64,000 nt of DNA from an uncultured delta proteobacterium (GTDB taxonomy: Bacteria > Desulfobacterota > BSN033 > UBA1163), in NCBI GenBank assembly GCA_963827685.1, contig CAWHBU010000002.1, positions 1,184,001-1,248,000 on the forward strand. The letters are read 5' to 3'. Shown in pieces: positions 58,176 to 64,000 of the stretch. The translations under genes and the position numbers were made by a program. Every line of letters begins with the position of its first letter. The stretch's first letter is position 1. Below the pieces are notes generated by a model. The model worked only from the letters and a program-made list of their open reading frames with translations. It was not told the DNA's origin and searched no databases.

Positions 58176-60038
58176 CTAAAAATTCAATCTCCGATAATAA
58201 CTATCCAGACCCAATTCTTGACATTTTTCTTGAATTGGGATCCCATTCCCGTCCCAACCCCGAATCTCATAATATTCATCGAGCATTTTCTCAAAATCCT
58301 GCCTGTCGATCGTCTTACCCGCAGCCACTCCTGTCGTTAAGGGATCGCGGAAGATTCTCTCCGGGAGGGCGTCTTCTTTTCGGCTAAAACCTTCGCGGAC
58401 ATTGAATAACCGGACCATGTTCCAGATCCTTTCCCCGACAACCGGGACTTCTTCTGAATCCATCTCCCATCCTGTGGCCGCATTCAATAGATCAACACAG
58501 CGCCCTTGGCCCACTGCACCGATGACCATATCGCAAAGGGCAACTGAGTAGAAGAAGGCATTCATGTCTTGATCATATTTCGTTACAAAAGCCTTTCCTT
58601 CGACGCCATAGCGGTCTAGGGTTCTCCCATCTGGGGTTCTGGTTCCTCGAACCTCATAGGCGATTGGGAATGCCCTCTCATGATCCGCCCCTCGTTCAGC
58701 CGTGGCGTAAGCCAGCCCCATTCCAGGAGAAGATCTCACCTCCCATCCAGGAAATTCAAGCCCTTTCACCTCCATGGCAAATTTCTCAGTTCCTTTGCCA
58801 AAAGCCCTGGCCACTTCGCGTACCCCTCGGGACATTAGATCTCCGATCCCTTCCCGAAAAGCGATCTTACGAAGCATCTCGAGGACGGCCTCTCCGTTAT
58901 TAAATTCTAACCGCAGCCCATCAAGGTCTTTTTCATCCACAATCCCTCTCTCGAAACACTCCATTACGAAACCAATTACATTTCCGGCTGAAAGGGTATC
59001 GAGGCCCAAACGATCGCAAAGTTCGTTTGCTGCAGCAATTAGTCCTAGATCACTGATCTCTAGATTGGCTCCCAGAAGAGTGGAAGTTTCGTATTCGATG
59101 CCTTCAACGACAGTCCCCTTATATTTTCCGGAACGAACAAAACCGATTTTCGAACAGTTAATTGGGCAACCGAAACAGGCCTTATCCTTCACCCAAAACT
59201 TTTTTCTCATCGTTTCGCCAGAGATCTTCTCCACCTCTGGAAATGTTCCGGTTTGGAAGTTCCGAGTGGGGTAGAGATCTTGATTGGAAGAGAAAAGGGT
59301 TGAACGACCTGTACCGATCCTTCTTAAAGTGGCCATCCCCGCATTATCTGGGCTTAAGATTTCGCTCTTGATTTTCTTGGCGATTTTCATAAATCGGTCA
59401 GGCTGGTCGATCAAAATTGCTCCGTTCCCTTTTACCGCGATAGCTTTTAAATTCTTCGAACCTAAAACGGCGCCCAACCCCCCTCTTGCCGCTTGTCGGT
59501 GCACATCTACACTAATTAATGAATACTTAACCAGGCGCTCTCCAGCTGGGCCGATAGTGGCAATATGTATGTCGTGCCCCACTTCTTTCTTAATGACTTC
59601 ATCAGTTTGAGCAGTGTCCAGACCCCACAAATGATCGGCGTGCCTAAACTCAACCTTACCATCCTCAATCAAAACATAAGAGGGTTTGTCACATTTCCCT
59701 CTTAGAGAGACCACATCATATCCGGCATATTTGAGTTCCGGACCGAAATGCCCTCCAACATAAGAATCACAATATGTCCCAGAGAGAGGAGATTTCCCGA
59801 TAACCACCGTTCGCGTTGATGGACAATAAGTCCCGGTTAAGGGACCTGTGACAAATAACAATTGAGCTTCAGGGGCGAGGGGATGGGTACCTGCCTTCAT
59901 GCTTTCGAACAGAAGAACCGCACCCAATCCTTTCCCGCCAATGAATTTTTTCGCCTCCTCGGGCTCTAAGGGAATGATCTCAACTTTCTTGGATGATAGG
60001 TCGATATCAAGAATCTTTCCCACATATCCTTTGTTCAC
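58176..60038 (-). CDS. aor: Aldehyde ferredoxin oxidoreductase (W-pterin)
   Basis: TGPLTG, KSPL, GRGG-like RGGLGAVLGSKNLKA, CFGCPINC, EYET, GLDT, RGADH. Confidence 0.93.
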   Translation of the reverse strand: MNKGYVGKILDIDLSSKKVEIIPLEPEEAKKFIGGKGLGAVLLFESMKAGTHPLAPEAQLLFVTGPLTGTYCPSTRTVVIGKSPLSGTYCDSYVGGHFGPELKYAGYDVVSLRGKCDKPSYVLIEDGKVEFRHADHLWGLDTAQTDEVIKKEVGHDIHIATIGPAGERLVKYSLISVDVHRQAARGGLGAVLGSKNLKAIAVKGNGAILIDQPDRFMKIAKKIKSEILSPDNAGMATLRRIGTGRSTLFSSNQDLYPTRNFQTGTFPEVEKISGETMRKKFWVKDKACFGCPINCSKIGFVRSGKYKGTVVEGIEYETSTLLGANLEISDLGLIAAANELCDRLGLDTLSAGNVIGFVMECFERGIVDEKDLDGLRLEFNNGEAVLEMLRKIAFREGIGDLMSRGVREVARAFGKGTEKFAMEVKGLEFPGWEVRSSPGMGLAYATAERGADHERAFPIAYEVRGTRTPDGRTLDRYGVEGKAFVTKYDQDMNAFFYSVALCDMVIGAVGQGRCVDLLNAATGWEMDSEEVPVVGERIWNMVRLFNVREGFSRKEDALPERIFRDPLTTGVAAGKTIDRQDFEKMLDEYYEIRGWDGNGIPIQEKCQELGLDSYYRRLNF

Positions 60039-60526
60039 GACCCGACCTCCTCTCGCGAGATAGGCGAATCAAGCCTCTCAAACAAACGATTTCTTATCTC
60101 GTTAGCCCGTTCGTTCTGATTTATACTTACCTCTTTCCCTTCCTGAAATGTCAAACAACCTGTCGGGCATTCCTTTACACATTGCCCGCATAGAGTACAG
60201 TTGATCGCCTTCATCCTTTCTGGATCCATAAAGACTCCATCGTAAGGGCAGGCCGAGATACATTTTCCGCATCCATCGCACAAAACCTCGTCGATGACGA
60301 TGACGTTCCTCCTCTTCGAGATGGCCTTGGAAGGACAAACTGGAAGACAACGGGGGACATCACAATGACGGCAAAGAGTTGGTACATCAAAGCCAGGAGG
60401 ATAATAAGAGACTTTTATTCGCGATCTGGCCAAAGAGAAGATTCCAAAGTTATGGTAAGAACATATCAATTGACATAATCTGCAACCCGTACATTTTTCA
60501 GCCTGAATGTGAATCCATTTTATCAT
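60035..60526 (-). CDS. 4Fe-4S dicluster electron-transfer subunit
   Basis: CTGCRLCQLIC, CRHC..PRC..VCP, CDGCGKCISACP, CTLCGQCVKECP. Confidence 0.93.
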   Translation of the reverse strand: MIKWIHIQAEKCTGCRLCQLICSYHNFGIFSLARSRIKVSYYPPGFDVPTLCRHCDVPRCLPVCPSKAISKRRNVIVIDEVLCDGCGKCISACPYDGVFMDPERMKAINCTLCGQCVKECPTGCLTFQEGKEVSINQNERANEIRNRLFERLDSPISREEVGS

Positions 60527-60730
60527 GAAAGCAACCCTCTCCCTGTATAAGAAAACTGTTTTAAACGATCCGCCATCTTCTCTGAAGATGGAAAAATGAA
60601 AACAGCAAGATTACCTATTATATTAGGTGTCGAGGTTCAAAACTCCAGCACTAACGTAAGTTGTATTTGATTTTTCGACGCTCCTCAGATTTGCTGGAAC
60701 CAGCCTGCTAATCCATGTCTATAAAGATTA

Positions 60731-61435
60731 TTATCTCAAATAAGCTCTTTTCACGATTTCGCTATTTCTGAGTCTTTCAATATCACCCTCGGCTATTATC
60801 TCTCCTTTTTGGAGAATGTATCCATACGAAGCAATATCTAATGATTTCTTCGCATTCTGTTCAATAAGCAGTATGGTAATGCCCCTTTCATTTATATCTT
60901 CAATTGCTTTAAACACCCTACTAACTACTATAGGGGCTAATCCCAAGGACGGTTCATCCAATAAAATCATTTTAGGATTTGCCATCAGAGCTCGACCAAT
61001 GGAAAGCATTCCTTGTTCACCACCACTAAGGGTACCGGAGATTTGCCCAAGACGCTCTTTCAAAAGTGGCAGAATTTCAAATGTCTTTTCCATTCGGACC
61101 CTGATAGTGCTGCGACTGTTTTCAAAATACGCACCAAGCCTGAGCGTTTCATCTACACTCAGTTTCGGGAAAAGTTGTCTGCTCTCCGGGACAACTGAGA
61201 TACCCATTTTGATGATTTGATAAGTCTTTAGCCGATCTATTCGCACGTCGGAAAATCTTATTTCGCCTGACTTGGGCTTGACTAAGTTAACAATGGTCTT
61301 TACGAGGGTACTCTTGCCAGCCCCATTTGGCCCAAGGACGCAGGTTGTTTTTCCTTTCCCTGCGAACATAGAGATATCTCGCAATACAACAACTTTTTCT
61401 TCATACTGTGATGTTACTCCATTAAGCTGTAACAT
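60731..61435 (-). CDS. livF: Branched-chain amino acid ABC ATPase
   Basis: GPNGAGKST, LSGGEQ, LDEPSLGLAP, EQN. Confidence 0.9.
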   Translation of the reverse strand: MLQLNGVTSQYEEKVVVLRDISMFAGKGKTTCVLGPNGAGKSTLVKTIVNLVKPKSGEIRFSDVRIDRLKTYQIIKMGISVVPESRQLFPKLSVDETLRLGAYFENSRSTIRVRMEKTFEILPLLKERLGQISGTLSGGEQGMLSIGRALMANPKMILLDEPSLGLAPIVVSRVFKAIEDINERGITILLIEQNAKKSLDIASYGYILQKGEIIAEGDIERLRNSEIVKRAYLR

Positions 61436-61439
61436 CTTC

Positions 61440-62222
61440 CTATTTATCCCCCCCCAAATATGCTTCTATCACTTCAGGGTTTTTGGCGACTTCAGAAAAA
61501 GGTCCCTCCGCAATTTTCTTTCCATAATTGAAAACGATGACCCGTTGAGCGATCTTTTCTATCACCGACATGTCGTGCTCAATAATAATAATGCTGATAT
61601 CTTTATATTTTGCTTTTACTTTGCCAATATCCTCCATCAACCTTTCCGTTTCCCCGGGAGACATCCCCGCCGAGGGTTCATCTAGTAAAAGCAAACTTGG
61701 ATCACTTACCAAAGCCCGGCAAATTTCCACCTTCCTTCTCTCCCCTTGAGGCAAATCTACAACGGGCTTGAAGTGGCTATCCCTCAATTCCAAACTAAAA
61801 TAACCAAGGACTTCGAGGGCTTCTTCACAACAACGTTTCAGTTCGTCCTTGGCCTTTTTATATCTTAGAACGATGTCAAAAAATCTGGCTTGTTGCTTGC
61901 TATGCATGCCTATAATAACGTTGTCCAGAATACTTAACTCCCAAAAAAGCCGACTGTTTTGGAAAGTCCTGGCCATCCCTTTCCTTGTAATCTCATGGGG
62001 CTTTTCCCCTACAATGTTTCTATTGTTGAACCAAACTTCGCCTTCAGCAGGTTTGTAAATTCCTGAAATTAGATTAAAAAAAGTGGTTTTACCCGATCCA
62101 TTCGGTCCAATGAGACCAACAACTTCTCCCCAGCCAACGTCAAAATTTACCTTGTTAACGGCACACAAACCTCCAAACGAAATCGAAAGATCTTTTGTCT
62201 GTAGTATCCAATGATTTTTCAT
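61440..62222 (-). CDS. livG: Branched-chain amino acid ABC ATPase
   Basis: FGGL.AV, GPNGSGKTT, ARTFQN, EHDM, VIEAYLG. Confidence 0.9.
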   Translation of the reverse strand: MKNHWILQTKDLSISFGGLCAVNKVNFDVGWGEVVGLIGPNGSGKTTFFNLISGIYKPAEGEVWFNNRNIVGEKPHEITRKGMARTFQNSRLFWELSILDNVIIGMHSKQQARFFDIVLRYKKAKDELKRCCEEALEVLGYFSLELRDSHFKPVVDLPQGERRKVEICRALVSDPSLLLLDEPSAGMSPGETERLMEDIGKVKAKYKDISIIIIEHDMSVIEKIAQRVIVFNYGKKIAEGPFSEVAKNPEVIEAYLGGDK

Positions 62223-62245
62223 GCTTTCCTGGTTCGAGCAATAAA

Positions 62246-63388
62246 TTAAGTATACCGCCTCATTTTCTGAGGGAACAATCCTTTTGGCCTAACTAAAAGC
62301 ATCACTAATATGACAATCGCAAACACTAACAACCGATAACTCTGCATCACCTGGAATTTTTCAGGAATAAGCGCCATTATCAATGCCCCGAATATAACAC
62401 CAGCTGTATTTCCCATACCTCCAACAATTACCATAGTAATCACAATGATTGAAAGCATGAAGGCGAAATCTTCTGGGGAGATGAAACTAACGCTGAAAGC
62501 ATAGATCGCACCAGTCAATCCATCAAAAAAAGCATTTGTATAAAAGGCCCTAATTTTGCACCCCGTTACATCAATGCCCTGACATTCAGCCGCAATTTCA
62601 TCTTCCCGAATCGCATTCCAAGCCAATCCGGTTTTGGAGTTATACAGGCGCCGAGCAAAAATAAATTCTATAAAAAGGAGAACAAGAATTAGGTAATAGA
62701 AGTTTGCCTGGAAGGGAAGCTCCATCCCAAAAAGATGAACAGAAGAACCAAGAGAAAATCCTCCAATGGTCGGGTAAGGAATGCCGCTGATGCCATTGGG
62801 CCCGCCCGTCCAAGTCAGGTTGTTCAATAAAAGGTACACAACGAGTGCTGCAGCAATTGTCACAAGGGAAAGATGATATGTCTTGGTTTTCATGGTTGGA
62901 AGACCAAGGAGAAACCCGAAAAGGCAAGCCGCGATGCCACTGAGAGGAAGCACCGCCCAGAAAGACCAACCATAATTTACAGCCAATAGAGCCCCTGTGT
63001 AGGCACCAATTCCATAATTTGCAGCCGTGGCGAAACTAACAAGGCCAGTAGCTCCCACTTGAAAGTCAAGACCAACCGCCAGAGAACAGTAAAGACCAGC
63101 AATAAATAACACATGAATCAGATAAGGGTTTTTGTGAAGCATGAAAGGCAATGATAGAATAAACACTAACCCCCAGCAAAGAGCCGCCTTTTTGTACCGA
63201 TTGAAGAGCTCTTGTAAAAAAGTGTTCACATAATCAAGTCTTCTAATGAGATAAGTTATTAGGAGTGTGCCAAAGATGGCGGCCAGGATAGTGAATGTCC
63301 CCTCTGCAATCAAAAAAACGATAAAGAGGGCAAAAAAAGCAGTCTCAAGCAGAAGGACAAGTAGAATATTTTTGATATGTTCTTTCAC
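62246..63388 (-). CDS. livM: Branched-chain amino acid ABC permease
   Basis: GIGAY, TGGPNGI, AIREDEIAA, VIVGGMG, RPKGL. Confidence 0.9.
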   Translation of the reverse strand: MKEHIKNILLVLLLETAFFALFIVFLIAEGTFTILAAIFGTLLITYLIRRLDYVNTFLQELFNRYKKAALCWGLVFILSLPFMLHKNPYLIHVLFIAGLYCSLAVGLDFQVGATGLVSFATAANYGIGAYTGALLAVNYGWSFWAVLPLSGIAACLFGFLLGLPTMKTKTYHLSLVTIAAALVVYLLLNNLTWTGGPNGISGIPYPTIGGFSLGSSVHLFGMELPFQANFYYLILVLLFIEFIFARRLYNSKTGLAWNAIREDEIAAECQGIDVTGCKIRAFYTNAFFDGLTGAIYAFSVSFISPEDFAFMLSIIVITMVIVGGMGNTAGVIFGALIMALIPEKFQVMQSYRLLVFAIVILVMLLVRPKGLFPQKMRRYT

Positions 63389-63412
63389 GTCTCCTCTTCT
63401 CTCACACGTTCC

Positions 63413-64000
63413 TCAAACTTTTTCGAAGATTTTTTCTCCAAGTAACCCCGAAGGCCTAAACACTAAGAAGAAGATGACAAGTAAAAAAGCTACAACATCT
63501 TTATAAGGCGACCCTCCCGGGATATAAGCCGAGCAGATCGTTTCTGCCATTCCGAGAGTGAGTCCTCCTAATATAGCCCCATAAAAATTCCCTAACCCTC
63601 CAACGACGGCTGCCGAAAAACCCTTAATGCCTGCATTTAACCCTATATCGAACTTTATCACCTCGAAATAAGAACCGGTCAAGATACCGGCAACTCCGGC
63701 CAAAATAGACCCGGCAAAAAAAGTAACCATAATAGCCAAGTCGGGATTAATCCCCATTAGACTCGCTGCCTCAATATTTTGTGAAATGGCACGAATTGCC
63801 AATCCTATTTTTGTCTTATTAATAAGAAGCATCATTCCAACAATGACCGAGAGAGTAACTCCGAGGATGAGAAATTGTATGGTCTGGAAATGTAAAGGAC
63901 CAATGAAGAATCCGGATTGTGGAAAGATTTTTGGGAAAACTTGTGGATTACTGCCCTGGGGGTAGAAAAGTCTAATGGACTCCCTGATGATAATCCCCAG
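63413..64000 (-). CDS. livH: Branched-chain amino acid ABC permease, 5' truncated by the window end
   Basis: Frame open to the window edge; GLAIRA, AASLMGI, KGFSAAVVGGLG, FRPSGL. Confidence 0.9.
   Translation of the reverse strand: MGIIIRESIRLFYPQGSNPQVFPKIFPQSGFFIGPLHFQTIQFLILGVTLSVIVGMMLLINKTKIGLAIRAISQNIEAASLMGINPDLAIMVTFFAGSILAGVAGILTGSYFEVIKFDIGLNAGIKGFSAAVVGGLGNFYGAILGGLTLGMAETICSAYIPGGSPYKDVVAFLLVIFFLVFRPSGLLGEKIFEKV

Overview
Chromosomal segment of an anaerobic, probably deltaproteobacterial (Desulfobacterota-like) bacterium; the taxonomy is inferred from gene content and sigma54 usage. Housekeeping content: carAB-dcd, gap-pgk-tpiA-secG-tRNA-Leu, dacA, ubiE, rimI and rubrerythrin. 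Metabolic and accessory content: an NMT1/SsuA-type ABC transporter split by an insertion, a 2-hydroxyacyl-CoA dehydratase pair, a cstA-small protein-ArsA/ArsA' operon, a sigma54-driven 11-heme cytochrome c/cytochrome b operon, a cNMP-domain aspartase fusion and a LIV-ABC/AOR/MoaD cluster. Mobile DNA: a partial DDE transposase, two tnpA-only IS200/IS605 elements and two MITEs. The intergenic DNA is dense with repeats (GTAG...CTAC REPINs, 7-9 bp periodic inverted arrays, C/G hairpins), and a ~20 bp CCTG...CAGG palindrome has inserted precisely into several of them, giving nested structures. The strongest candidates for something new are this micro-palindrome system, the asymmetric ArsA/Get3-like ATPase pair coupled to CstA, a REPIN-bounded cargo that splits an operon, and a possible -1 frameshift in a hybrid kinase. 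No CRISPR array or rRNA was seen. All family assignments come from motif recognition, not database searches.
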